Below are positions 44,510 to 60,199 of a DNA stretch of 64,000 nt, piece after piece. The notes below the pieces were generated by a model. It made no database searches, had not been told where the DNA came from, and was given only the letters and a program-made list of their open reading frames with translations. A program made the position numbers and the translations under genes. The stretch is taken from assembly GCF_009914755.1 (NCBI RefSeq), contig NC_060947.1; one strand, given 5' to 3'. How positions within the stretch are numbered: position 1 is the stretch's first letter; each line of letters begins with the position of its first letter. Source of the DNA: the human T2T-CHM13v2.0 reference genome, Homo sapiens.

Positions 44510-45669
44510 TAGCTTCATAGATATCAATTCTTGCTTTTTGGTTGTGATTTTGTACTCTGATGACCAGAGAAGAGAACAGGGACCTGTGGAATATAAATTC
44601 ATGGTGAAGTACATGTTATGTTATCAATTCTTGAAAAACCCTGAAATGTAGACTCATTTCCCCCATGCAGGTTTGTTGTTTTTGAGGAAAGAAATGACAG
44701 CTGTGAAACAAGTCTAAATTGTGCCCTAATGTCTGAGTGTCCAACAGTATGCTGCTGTTGAAGCAATAGCAAAGCAGAGACAAAACCTATTGTTTCCTCT
44801 CCCTGTATAACTGAAACCATGGCCGGTTGCCCTTTTCTGTCCATGATGTGGAAAGCTCTGCTCTCATGACCTCAAAAATGGGCATGTTTCACCATTCACT
44901 CAGAGAAGATCCTATTACAGAAAAACAATACCCAGCTGCAATTTAACTCAGAGCTGAGAAACCCTCTACCCAATGATTATGGGCCCACTTTTGTGATCTA
45001 CCTGTGAGGCAAAAAGAACATTCTTTCAACGATGTGCGTAGGATGTCTGTATTAGGAAAACTGATAAATGGAAACGTGGAGGACTTCAAATAATTCTCAT
45101 CAAGTCTGTTCTTAAAATGGCAAACTTCCAAAGTCCCTTGAGAATACACAGGTCTCAATGAGAAGAAAAAGCGGCTGATAAAACATTAGGCTTTCCAAAA
45201 ATTGCCCATTTCTCCTCAAAATTCCTACATGAAGGTTCACAAGGTTTAACGTACAGGTTGTTGGAAGCACAAACAAATCTACCTCAGGAGAGTTAATTCA
45301 CCTCAGGACCAATTTCTCCTCTGCTGGTACATCTACTATTCATTTAGCAGCCCTGCTTGGATAAAGCCCAGAGCCATTTCAACGGCAGTAGGAAGGGACG
45401 TTTAGAGAGTTATCATCAGTCATTTATGCCTGCGCTGTTAACAACTGAATCAATAACATCAGTGCTATGGAGAGCACCTTCAGAGCCTAGTTAGGATGTC
45501 TGCAGTTGTCAGATTAGACAGGCAAGATGTTTTGGAAACATATTTGTTTCAGGAAATGTTTAAGTGGTAAGCATCCACAGGGTTCTGTGGCCATCCTGTT
45601 CACAAACATGGATATATTAATAGATTTAATTTGGTTGACTAATGAAGATATTTATTGTTGCTTTAAAAA

Positions 45670-45772
45670 AAATTCTTATAATTTTTGTAGGTACACATTA
45701 AGCGTATATATTTATAGAGCATATGAGATGTTTTGATACAGGCATGCAATGTGAAATCAGCACATTATGCTT
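45670..45772 (-). mobile_element. L1MA 3'-terminal fragment
   Basis: atatatttatagagcatatgagatgttttgatacaggcatgcaatgtgaaat. Confidence 0.7.
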
Positions 45773-45793
45773 TTTATATTAAGAGATGATGTT

Positions 45794-46537
45794 CAGAGAA
45801 ATGCAAATCAAAACCACAATGAGGTACCATCTCACACCAGTTAGAATGGCTATCATTCAAAAGTCAGGAAACAACAGATGCCAGAGAGGATGTGGAGAAA
45901 TAGCACTTTTACACTGTTGGTGGGACTGTAAACTAGTTCAACCATTGTGGAAGACAGTGTGGCAATTCCTCAAGGATCTAGAACTAGAAATACCATTTGA
46001 CCCAGCCATCCCATTACTGGGTATATACCCAAAGGATTATAAATCATGCTGCTATGAAGACACATGCACACATATGTTTATTGCGGCACTGTTCACAATA
46101 GCAAAGATTTGGAACCAACCCAAATGTCCATCAATGATAGACTGGATTAAGAAAATGTGGCACATATACACCATGGAATACTATGCAGCCATAAAAAAGG
46201 ATGAATTCATATCCTTTGTAGGGACATGGATGAAGCTGGAAACCATCATTCTCAGCAAACTATCACAAGGACAGAAAACCAAACATTGCATGTTCTCACT
46301 CATAAGTGGGAATTGAACAATGAGAACACATGGACACAGGAAGGAGAACATCACACACCGGGGACTGTTTTGGGGTGAGGGGAGGGAGGAGGGATAGCAT
46401 TAGGAGATATACCTAATGTAAATGACGAGTTAATGGGTGCAGCACACCAACATGGCACATGTATACATATGTAACAAACCTGCACGTTGTGCACATGTAC
46501 CCTAGAACTTAAACTATAGTAATAATAAAAAAAAAAG
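45794..46537 (+). mobile_element. 5'-truncated L1PA (about L1PA5): ORF2 C-terminus plus 3'UTR
   Basis: ORF 45786-46316 is the ORF2 C-terminal domain; TSD aagagatgatgtt at 45781-45793 and 46538-46550. Confidence 0.95.
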
Positions 46538-47547
46538 AAGAGATGATGTTGATGGGGGTTGGTTTTCCTATGTCTGTGTGAGGCTGAAAAGCTGGTATTT
46601 TCAGTTTTCTGTTTTTCAGAAAATGCCTTCCCCTTTGGGTTCTGTATTATGTAATCATAGCACTTTTAATGCCTTACCTCATTTAATTTCTTCATATGGG
46701 AGGGAGGTCTAACTCTGCTAGTCTTTATGCTCCCTGGGGACAGGGGTCTAATCCATCTCTGTGTTTCCAGAATTTAACACAGTGCTTGGCACATAATGGA
46801 TGCTCAATATTGTTTACTGAATCACTGACTGTATGATGAATGAATGAACACATGAAGTAAAAACATGATTTAGAGTCCTGATCTATCTAATCACAAAGGA
46901 ACTCTTTGGTTTCAATCTATCAAGTAGTTGTGACTGTCATAATGGCTTTCAGCTGTCTTTAGCTCTGCAGTAGTTTTTTTAATAGGCTTCATTCTAGACA
47001 CATATACTCAGGTGTTCCTGAGCTGCTTCCTTAAGGCATTTCCTCGGTCAGATCTACTTATGGTTGACATCTCACCACAACTAACATGACCACCTTGGGA
47101 ATATTGCTCTTTTTTGCGTAATGTTTGGGCCAACAGGTTATGAAGCCAAACACAGTGATTAGGACTAGTGGACTTGGGGGCTTCCTGGGGGAGCATTACA
47201 GGTGACACAAAATCCTTGGTTGACATTAAGTACATTTGTGGATTTGATGCTTACAAATCCAGCTGTGACTCCCTTGGCAAGTTCAAGTCTTAGACTCTAT
47301 AGGAAGCTAAAAATGGTCATTGTTCCATCAAATTTGGTATGATCTGAAATCTACAGCCATGCTTTCTGTCATTTTTTAAAAGGCACATTGACCTCAAAGA
47401 GCACAATTTGAGAGGAATTCAGATGAGGTGAATTCTAACCCAGATATCACATTAAATAGCTGTGTCATCTTGGCCAAGTCTTAACCTTTTTGAACTTGTC
47501 TAGTAAGGGTGTTAGACTAGATGATCTCATGATATGTAAATTAATTC

Positions 47548-47844
47548 TTTTTTTTTTTGTTTGAGACAGAGTCTCGCTCTGTCACCCAGGCTGGAGTACA
47601 GTGGTGTAATCTTGGCTCACTGCATCCTCTGCCTCCTGGGTTCATGTAACTCTCCTGCCTCAGCCTCCCAAGTAGCCGGGACTATGGGCATGCACCACTA
47701 TGCCTGGCTAAGTTTTGTATTTTTAGTAGAGACGCGGTTTTGCCATGTTGGCCAGGCTGGTCTTGAACTCCTGACCTCAGGTGATCCACCCGCCTTGGCC
47801 TCCAAAAGTGCTGGGATTACAGGTGTGAGCCACCACACCTGGCC
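47548..47844 (-). mobile_element. AluS
   Basis: TSD taattcttt. Confidence 0.95.
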
Positions 47845-48093
47845 TAATTCTTTTAAATGTTATATAATCAGCTTAGTCTTGCCTCAAGGACTTTTTATGT
47901 GTTGCCCTGTTTGGGACACAATTCCTCATGAACTTTCGGGTCTCCCTCCCCACTTCTTTCAGGTCTTTCCTCAAATGTCACCTCCTCAGTGGAACCTTCC
48001 CTGATCACCTTATATAAAATGACAATTCCTTCCATGAACAACTCTCTAGCGTCTTCCTTGCTTTATTTATTTCAACATGCTGTCACTATTTAA

Positions 48094-48447
<354 letters not shown>

Positions 48448-48764
48448 TATCATCTGTCTTCTTTACAAGAATGTAAGCTCTCCTGAGGGCAGGGGTTTTG
48501 TCTTGTTTGCTGCTTTATTATCAATACCTAAAATGGCGCCTGGCATATAACAGACCCACAATAGATATTAATTGAATGACTAAGTGAATATTTAAACTCC
48601 TAGCTAAAAAGTCTTCAGGGTTTCTTAGGTGTAATCTGGTTTAACACACCAAGTTGAGAATCACAGAATTATTAGATAATTAAAGCGAAAAAAGACATTA
48701 AGTTTACCTAGCTCAATACCTCATTTTGAAGACAGAAAAAGTGAAAGTCAAAATGGTTAAATGA

Positions 48765-49111
<347 letters not shown>

Positions 49112-50379
49112 CTATTAGGAAAAGTTAAACTTACAGAAAATTTGCAAAAGTAGTATAGAAAGTTCCCATATACAATTTGTCCAACTTCCAACTTCTTTTA
49201 CTAGGAAATTAGTTTGCCTGCCCAAGAAATGTCTGCAAGGGGTTTTATGACTATTTCATTTTGATCCTCTACATATTGAAACTTGAGATGCTCCAGCTGA
49301 CTTATTCATTATCTTGGGGGAGTGTAGATTATTTGTGCAACAGGCATATTCTTATTTTAAGCCATTTTATCCAACGTCATCAAATGATTTAACAAGAGAC
49401 TTTTAAACTTCTCAGAATATTCTTCCTTATAAATAACAGGAGGTGCCTTAGTTTAGGAATGGCAGACAAATGTAAAGCACTTGTACCATTATTTTCTCAT
49501 TTAATACCAATGGTAGAAATTACTAATCAGCCTATGGCACTGTATTGTAGTCTTCCCCAATTTGCTTTATGCTCTTTTACAATAAACCACTCTAGGCAGC
49601 TGATATCAGTCAATAAGAGCTTGCTTGTGAGATGAACAATATTTACCATTCCAGATATAGTGCAGTAAGGAATAAGATAAAGATGCCGAAACTCAGATTC
49701 TATTATAATCACAGATTATCCATTGATTAGCTTAGTGAGTTTTAAAAAATCATTTCTACACTTCTGTGCCCTACTTCACACAGTTAGGATGAGGGTTAAA
49801 TGGAATAGACACATCTAAAGGTGCTTTGTGAAATGTAAAGAATTATATACATGAAACATGATCTTAGGATATTCAAGAAAATTGACCATAGAAATGCATT
49901 TCTCCAATATACTTTAAGAATCCTTTGTTTTTCTACCATCTGTTTAGTTTAGTCTGTATACATCTAACTTTTATTCCCATGTCCAACAGAACTGAAGTTA
50001 GAGTGTGAGAGATTCCTTCTTCAGCTAATGGAATAAATGATATAGAGCTCAGTGGATAAACATGTGCTTGAGTGCCATTCTAGAGCAAGCCCTCATGACA
50101 GCTGAGCCAGAGAAACATATTTCAGCCACTTCCCTATCTCATTGCTTCATATCTCAGATAATTTAGAAGTATATGATTTTAAAAATCACTGCTTTCTGAT
50201 CAAGTATCAATTAACATCCTCAGATAATTTGGGAGGGTGTGGGATTCGTAGCCGGATTGTAGCAAAGTTGGAACTTAAAATGGAAAAAAAAAACAAAAAG
50301 CCCAGACCGAAAGCCATCCATCACTTACACATTTATTCACATCCTTGAATTCTGAGATGTCATATTCTTTTGATTTTTG

Positions 50380-51280
50380 ACTGACTTCTCTTCTCCTACC
50401 TCTGCTTGACTTCTTTTTCTTGAAGTTTATCAAGGTTTGGTCCTAGGCCATCTTCCCTTCCCTCTTTACATGCTAAGTGATTTCCATTCTGGATGCTCTA
50501 AATTCCATTTTGTATCAATATTTTTCTCATTTACGCTTCTAGCTCGGGTCTCTCCTTTGAGCTATAATTGAATTTGACTTCTGCACTTGGACATATCACA
50601 CACATTTCAAACTGAACATGTCTAAAACTGAACTGTTGATCTTTTCCAAATCTGCTTCCTCCTCCATCTTTATCACCTCAGCAAACAGTACAACAAGTTG
50701 ATCAAACAAAAAAAACTTGGGAGTCATCCTCAATCCCTCATGCCTGACATCTAATCCATCACCAAGTCATACAGATTTTGTCTCGAAAATACATCTCAAA
50801 TCTGTTCATTTCTCTCTATTTCCATTGCCGCCATCTTACTCCCAGTAGTCATTTTCTTTCATCAAGACAACTGCAAATGCCTCTTACCTGGCCTCTTTGC
50901 TTCTACTCTTGCCACATTCAATCTCTCATTTATACAGCAGGTCCATCAGATTGTATGATGTTTTGCAGGTACATCAGCTCAGGTGTACTTTCACAGGTAC
51001 GTCAGATTATATTATTTCTCTGCTTACCCATAAAATAAACTCTCCAGCCTTGTCCTGTACCACTCACCCCCTCAGTCATTAGCTCCTAGCCATACTTGCC
51101 TCCTTTTAGGTCATTGTCTTGAAAATATTATTCCATTCCCCTCCCTGTTCATATGACTGACCTAACCTTCAGATTTTAGCTTAAATATATCCTTTTCAGA
51201 GAGGCCTTCCTAGACTATGAAGAAGTTCCCACTATTATTCTTCCAAAGTAGCCTATTCTTTGTCTTCATAACATTTCTCA
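50380..51280 (+). mobile_element. L2 LINE body
   Basis: catttcaaactgaacatgtctaaaactgaact..ttgggagtcatcct..aatccatcaccaagtc..ttcagagaggccttcc. Confidence 0.75.
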
Positions 51281-51289
51281 CTATTTTTC

Positions 51290-51567
<278 letters not shown>

Positions 51568-51735
51568 TAATAATATATTAATGCTAACATTTTTACTGGC
51601 TATTTGTCTCACTGTCTTGCAAATTCCTTGGCACGTCCAAAAATATTTCTTCCTATTTTGTGCCAGACAATATGCCGGGTGTTTGGACTATGAAGATTTA
51701 TAATGAAAGGTCCTTGAACTAAAAGGCTACACATT

Positions 51736-52156
<421 letters not shown>

Positions 52157-53340
52157 TTATCTATTTCCACACACACAAAAAAAAGTTTAAAAAGCACTGA
52201 TAGTCAATTTCTTAGTTTCCCTTGCAGGTAGATGCAGCTACTTGACCTAGTTCTGGCCAAAGAGATGTTAGGGAGACATGCTGTTGCTTCTGAAACATGA
52301 CAAGAACTGCCACTCTTCCTTTATTTTCCATTCACACTGTCATGATGCAATTCCTGGAGTGTGGCAGCCATTTTATAACCATCGCGTGACAATTCCAAAG
52401 ACCAAAGCCAAAGGCTAAGGATAGCAAATGCAAAGATGGAAAGACATTGGATTCTGAATGAAACTGTTGAGCTAATAAACCAATTTTGGGTATATCTTTC
52501 TCTTAAATTCCTATTATGTGAGAAAAATAAACGATGGTTGCTTACATTTTCATTATATATCCCTTTACTAGAAGTTAAAGCCTCTATACCGACACAAACT
52601 GTTCCTGCTGTGACAACAATATAGCCAGCACAAGTCCCCCCAAACCACAGATCCCCTGACCCTGGTGTCAAGATTGGGTCTTCTAATTCTGCATCTGGGT
52701 ACTCTAGGAAGCTTTGTGGCTTCCCATTTATATGACTGAAGCGCGAACTGTGTCTATATGTGTATGCACACATGCACACTGGAGAGAAAGGACAAAAGAT
52801 CATTCCACAATTGAGACTTGAAGGCTAAACTGTAAGATGGCTGTACGTAATAAAGCTCTAATCCTCTATTAGGCTCCTGAAATCTAGGTTTTATGGTTTA
52901 GTAATGTTTTCATTATTTCAAAGACTCAGAATTCTTTCTCTCTGAGGCATCACAAAAGCTTCCATAGAAACAGATAGAGAATGAATGTCACACCAAGAAT
53001 AGGAAATAAAGCAAAGAAAAATTTGCAGTGAACTAGTCATTAATGAAAGGTATAAAGAGTGCATGCAAAATGTTAATAAATCATTAAAAGGTTAGGAAAG
53101 TTTCCAGCAAGGAAGAGGTCTCTGAGCCAAAAGGTTGAGGATAACAAGGTACCTCATTCAGCCATATTCTGTCATCATCTCCACATATCATTGTTTTGAA
53201 ATTTTAATATGGAAAGCAGGTCATTCTTTTAAAAAACTGAACTGCATCTAAAATCAATTAGATCTCATGATCTACATGTTCACCTCATCTTAGGGCACAG
53301 TATAGTAAATGATCTTAACTTGTTTAAAATATTTTTTCTT

Positions 53341-53665
<325 letters not shown>

Positions 53666-54656
53666 TTAAAATCAAATATTCCATAGGATGGTGTGATGAG
53701 CATTCACATATCAAGAGAATACATCATCATCGTCATCATCATATCAACAACTAGAAATTATTGAATACCAACTATACACCAGGTGCTCCACTTTGCATTT
53801 TGCAAGCATTGTCTCATCTAATCCTCAGACAACTCTTTGAGCGAGTGCTATTATTACTCCTATTGAACAGATAAATAAATGGAAGCACTACAAAAGGGAG
53901 TTGTTAGTAAGTGGTGAAGTTCCAATTCACACCCCACACGTTGACTCCCAGACTCTGAAAATTTTCAGACTCTAAGCTTAAAAATATAGAAATAAGCAAA
54001 TGAATAAACTAGCGTTCTTATCAGCCCAGAAAGGAGCCTTCACTTTATGCATGTTAAACACTGTTACTGTTAGCTAAATTGCTCTTTACAACAAGGCTTA
54101 CAAGATGATGATACTATCAACATTTTGTATATGAGGAAACTGAAGTCTTAAGATAAATCTAGCTAGCTATGGCAGAGCCAGACCCTGAGCTCTGTTTATT
54201 TTTATTCTAAAGCTATGTCAATATTTGCTAATACTTGGTATTGGTAATATTACAATGGCTTTCTTTTTATGACACATGATATCCATCTCAAAAATATTAG
54301 ATTATAACATTTGTATGCAACTTAAGAAAGATGAAGTTATTTGGAAAAGGGATTGAGATATGAAGATTGTGATATAAGAATTGTTAGGTGACTACAGCTC
54401 TGATGGAAAGGTTTATGCGCACCAGAATCTCAGCTGTAGCTCTGTTCTCTTTGGAGAAACAACTTGTAAAAATATGATCCTTGTTAGCAGGATATCTAAT
54501 ATCCATTCTTGTTCCATTGATAGCATTTGAAATTTATTTATCAAATAATCACTTCAGTTTTTCTAAACTACCTTAAAAATATTTTTAAAACCTGAGGATA
54601 AAGAGGACACATTTTTAAACTAGTGCATTTTTCTCTTACAATTAAATCGATATTCC

Positions 54657-54950
<294 letters not shown>

Positions 54951-55066
54951 TTAAAGTTGATATTCCATTTATTTTTCTCCACTTAAATACAGATTTTTTT
55001 TATGATCTCATAAGGATCACAATGAATAGCTAGGCCTTAGTTTTGCAGCTTTAGTTTCATTACTAT

Positions 55067-55079
55067 GAGAGAGAGAGAA

Positions 55080-55122
<43 letters not shown>
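55067..55122. repeat. (GA)n microsatellite
   Basis: Directly visible. Confidence 0.95.
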
Positions 55123-55125
<3 letters not shown>

Positions 55126-56260
55126 AAGTGTGGTGAGAAGACATATGTTGTCTTTGTGGGTCCAGTATTTCATCCTTCTACTAACTGCCTGGTTGTTGTT
55201 TCTGTTTTTGTTTTTCCTTTGAGGAATCGCTTTCCCCATATTTCTTGTGACTCTAGTAGAGCTGCCAATCATGGTACCTTTTTGCCTTCCTCAATTCCCC
55301 TAAAGAGTTCAAAGACCCCATAGGTTACTCAGACTCTGCCACTCAGGAAGCTGACAAAGGAAGAAAATAATACAAGGTTGGAAAGACTTTGGAGCTTAGT
55401 ATTTCAAAGACAACACTTAAAAAGAAGATGCATGTGTTCCTGCTTTTGAGATTTTAGAACTCTTATACTTCATGTCCTATTCTGAGACCTAGTTTTCAAA
55501 TTACTTCGTTCATTTCTATGAGTATCTTTTAAATAAAGAGCCCCTACCCCATCCCCTTTGTTTTCCCTGACTTGAATTAGCCAGAGTTAGCTGCTGGTGT
55601 TTATAACTGAAGACCGGCAGACACTGCCGGTTAGCTACTTCAATACCTGTTGAAAACCACTTCTCCCTAGCCATCTTTTTGTTGGTGGCTGTCATGTGAC
55701 ACAGTTCTATACAATGATATACAAGTAGAAGTCTTTCAAAAAAGGTTTCTGGGAAATTTTTGGCTTTATAAAAATGATAAGACTCAGATAGTACACCCTT
55801 TTTGCCTTCTCTTTTTCACCCTGTGAAATAATGGTGGCTGCTATATTGCATGAGGAAAAGTCAATAAAAAATATACAGATGCCAGTCCTGATACTGTTGG
55901 GCCCAAAGCACCTTATTTCCAGACATCTTAATATTGGAGATAAATAAAACTCTATTTATTTAAGCCACTGTAGATAGCTTCTGTGTTTTTTGCTGCCATT
56001 GCAATTCTAACCCCAGCCAATAAAATGGGAATATGAAAAACAAACAAAAAATATGAATCCTTCTAAACAATGAAGAATTTATGGGGTTAGGGTTTGGGAG
56101 GAACAGAAGATATAGCCAGATGAATTTAGGCATATCTCTCAGGAACTGACCTTTGTCCTTTAGCTATTACTGTTGATTAGTCTTAGATGGCAGTGAACCT
56201 TGTAGCTGATGTTAATGCAAAACTGGAGAACACTGCATCCTGGATATAGGTATATTCTGA

Positions 56261-56597
<337 letters not shown>

Positions 56598-58605
56598 CAA
56601 AGATGACAATTATATGTGTGTACATAAATATGTGTGCACTTGTACTGAGTAAAATAGAGACTGATCTCACCCATACGTCAATTCTACTTAGACAAAGGAA
56701 ATCCCAGGGTTTTTTTTTTTTTTTTTTTTGTCTCTCCATAATGTGCTATTAAAATAAAATGCTATTTTGTCAGTGCCTTTTTCTTTTGCTTTCAATCCTG
56801 GACTGTAGGCAAGACATACAGTCTCCTCAGAGATTGAGAAAGGTCAATAATAGAAATGCTGTTTTCCTCCTTTCACTAACTGATTAAATAACGCATGGGC
56901 ATATGTATAGCTACACGTGTATTTCTAAGGAAAATCATTCAAAAACTGCATGATTTCCTGAGGTGACCTCCAGGGTGCTGAAAATTTAGAAAACGTAACA
57001 TCTAATGCAATCAATAAAATCAAGAATCTGTGTTAGGCATTTTGAGAGTTTTGGAGTGAGTGACAGTACAGCCAATTGATATAGTCCCCGTGAAAGGCAG
57101 GTAAGGCATCTTTATGTGGCTCTCTATTGATGAGAAAAGTCTTCCTAAGAGAATAAACTAGATTTAGAGTGTGTCTTATGAAAACTGTTGTTTCCCCCAT
57201 GCCTTCCCAGTTAACTCATTTGTATAATTTTGGGGCTTCAGCTTTGATGGGGCTCCTTTATTTGCAACATTTAGATTAAGTTAATGACTGTTTTATCATA
57301 GCTAAGAGCACTAGAATTAGGAGGTCAATGGCTATTAGCATTTGATTTTCTTGATGATACCAAAGAGATGAGTTTGAGGGGGAAGAAGTGTGGGCTTGAT
57401 TACTCATGTTTTAATTTCATCTCAGTAGACAAATCCAAAATGATGTCTCAGGGATGACTCAGAATTCCAGATGGGATATGTGTACTTTTGCCCTTTGTCC
57501 AGTCCTTTGCACACTGGGCATATCCACTGACAACACAACTGTCAGAGGAACAAGCTTTCAATTTCCAGTTTCAAGAGGGAATGAGATCAGGCTTGAATGA
57601 TCATTTATGGTGACTGAATTGCTTTCTCCGACAAGGAAGCCTCACTTGTTCGTGGACTTTACGGATGGTGCTCTCAAAAATTGGCCAGTTAATCTCTTTA
57701 TCTGTTGCATCTTTCCTAGATTCCATTGTGTCTTTCGAAAATACTGTAAAATTTACAAATGTAGCTTAGGCAAAATGCAAATGTGTTTCTGTCTTAAAAA
57801 GAGGAAATAGCTATCTGCAACGATATGGGATGGAGAGAAAGCGAACAGGAGGACCGTTTAGAATCATGATGTAGGAAACATAATGCAAAATTGTAAGGCT
57901 GGTGTGGGGGTATGGCAAGGATAACTAGTGAGAGATCCCCAACGGAGATGTGAAATTTGGAGAAAAGCATAGGAACTGCACATAATGCAAAGTTTCCTTC
58001 TCTCACTTTGAGCTCAGTGAATCTGGGATTTGTTTTATGAACAAAGATAGCAAGTTGCTTTATGATGGCAGTGGTTATAACAAATGCATGAACAAAGTAA
58101 CGGGTAAACACATAAAAAAGAACAATTGACCTTGCGTAAGGGAGAGCAAATGTAACTTGACTTATGTGCTAAGAATAATGCAAAGAAAAAGAACTGAGCA
58201 CTTACTATGTGCAACACATATAGTATGTACTGTGTTATGTACATGAGGATTATACGCTTCATCTCATTTAATCCTCACTACAACCCTATGAAAAAAGCAC
58301 TACTGTATTATTTTCATTCTACTGATGAGGAAACTGAGGCATAGTACATAACTTGATTGAGGTTGGCAAAGCAGACAGAATCTGGCAGAATTGCAATTTA
58401 AATCTAGAGCCTCTGAACTAAGCCACTAAAATGGACTGGCTCAGAGTTGAATAAGAATAGGAATTTCCAGGTTTATAAGGGCTTTCCAGGCATAGAAAGA
58501 GTATTTTCAAAGGCATGAAGCTGAGAAAGACATAGCGAGAGGGCCAGAGGCCGAAGAGTAAATAAGGTTGCAAGGGGGTAGGGTGGGGAGCAGGGAGGAA
58601 AAAAT

Positions 58606-58744
58606 TCTTTTTGAAAAAATGTGTTGTAGATATGAAGTCTCACTATGTTTCCCAGGCTGGTCTTGAACTCCTGGGCTCAAGCAATTCTCCTGTCTTGGCC
58701 TCTCAAAGTGCTAGGATTACAGGCATAAGCCACTGTGCCCAGCC
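58606..58744 (-). mobile_element. FLAM monomer
   Basis: tctcactatgtttcccaggctggtcttgaactcctgggctcaagc..agccactgtgcccagcc. Confidence 0.85.
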
Positions 58745-58801
58745 AGGAGGAAGGAATTCAGTTAAGAGGCTAGATCAGTGAATTGGAGCCACATCATATA
58801 T

Positions 58802-58968
58802 ATTTTTTCTTTTTTAGAGATGAGATCTTGCTATGTTGCCAAGGCTGGAGGGCAGTGGCTATTCACAGGTACAACCACAGTGCCTACAGCCTCAAACTTC
58901 TGGGTTCAAGAGATCCTCCCACCTCAGCCTCTTCAGTAGTTGGGACTATAGGTGTATACCACTGTGCC
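58802..58968 (-). mobile_element. FAM (fossil Alu monomer)
   Basis: Retains the 7SL-like gcagtggctattcacagg segment; TSD tggagccacatc. Confidence 0.8.
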
Positions 58969-58978
58969 TCACTGGAGC

Positions 58979-59767
58979 TGAAGGAGGATATTTCCCTGAT
59001 CCCTTCGTGGGTGGGAACTGGAGGGGAGCAAACTCCACTCACTCGCTGGTCCACCCCTCATGGAAGGGGGAGCACAGGTGAGCAGGTGCAGCAGCTGGGG
59101 CCAGCATTTTTGAGTGCTGGCAAGAGTGAACACCGTACGGGCCCTGCAGCAGCCTCTAGGGGAGGGTGCCCATGAGGAAGTGTTACAGCGCCCTTTTAGC
59201 TTTGCCATTCACAGATGGCTTAAGTGTTAACAGCTCAGTGGAGGGTCAGTGTGACAGCCTTTTTCACCCACACGCATGGCACCCAAGTTCTTGTCCAGCA
59301 TCCAGGAGGAATGAGGTCACATGAACAAATTGAAGATGGTAAATATGGGGGATTTTATTGCCAATGAAAGTGGCTCTCAGTGGGAAGGGGAGCTGAAAAG
59401 GGGATGGAGTGGGAAGGTAATCTTCCCCTGGAGTCTGACCATCCACAGCTGGACTCCTCTCCAAAGCTATGCTGTCAAACTGTCCCTCTAAAGTCAAGCC
59501 GCTTCTCTTTGATGTCCAACTGTAGTTTCTGACATCCATCTGCTTCTCCTCCTTCTGCCAGCTGAGCTCTGGGGTTTTTATAGGCACAGGTTGGGGGGTG
59601 GGTGGGGGGTAATGGATGGTTTTGGAAAAGGCACCCTTCAAGAGGGAAAACAGGGATGTAAGTTCTCACTTTGGGCCATGGTTCCAGGCTTTTTGGCTTG
59701 AGGGTGGGTCCTCAATGGGGACCTGCCCTCTTCTGCCCAGAATTTCCCTGCCTTCTGTCCTTTATCA
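58979..59767 (-). mobile_element. ERV1 solo LTR, same family as 43629-44458
   Basis: Reverse complement begins tgataaaggacagaaggcagggaaattctgggcagaagagg and is colinear with the + copy; TSD gagc/aagc. Confidence 0.88.
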
Positions 59768-60199
59768 AAGCCACATCTTGACAGGCTATGGATACTGACC
59801 TGGAGGGAGAGAAAGCTGTAGCTATAGAAGATTTTTTTAATATAATGGGGTACTAGGATTAGATCTGTTGTTTAGCAAGATAACTAGCCATAGTGATAAA
59901 GATGGATAAAAGTCTGGGGACAGGGAGGCTAATCATTAGAAGGCCAAATCATTAATAGTCACTGAGAAAGGACTGAGGGAAGGGCAGAGTAGTTAGAGAG
60001 GAATAGCTGGATTTGAGTGTTTTTATTTTTAGATATAAGAGTCAGCAAACAGAATTTAGTGACCAAATAAAAACTGAAGATAATAGAGAGGAAGAAGTAA
60101 ATGTGGCCCCAAATTTTCTAAATTGCAATGACATCATTAATAAAGAAAGTAAATGCAAGGTGCAAAACAGGTTTGATTGTGATATGGTATGTAGGAAAC

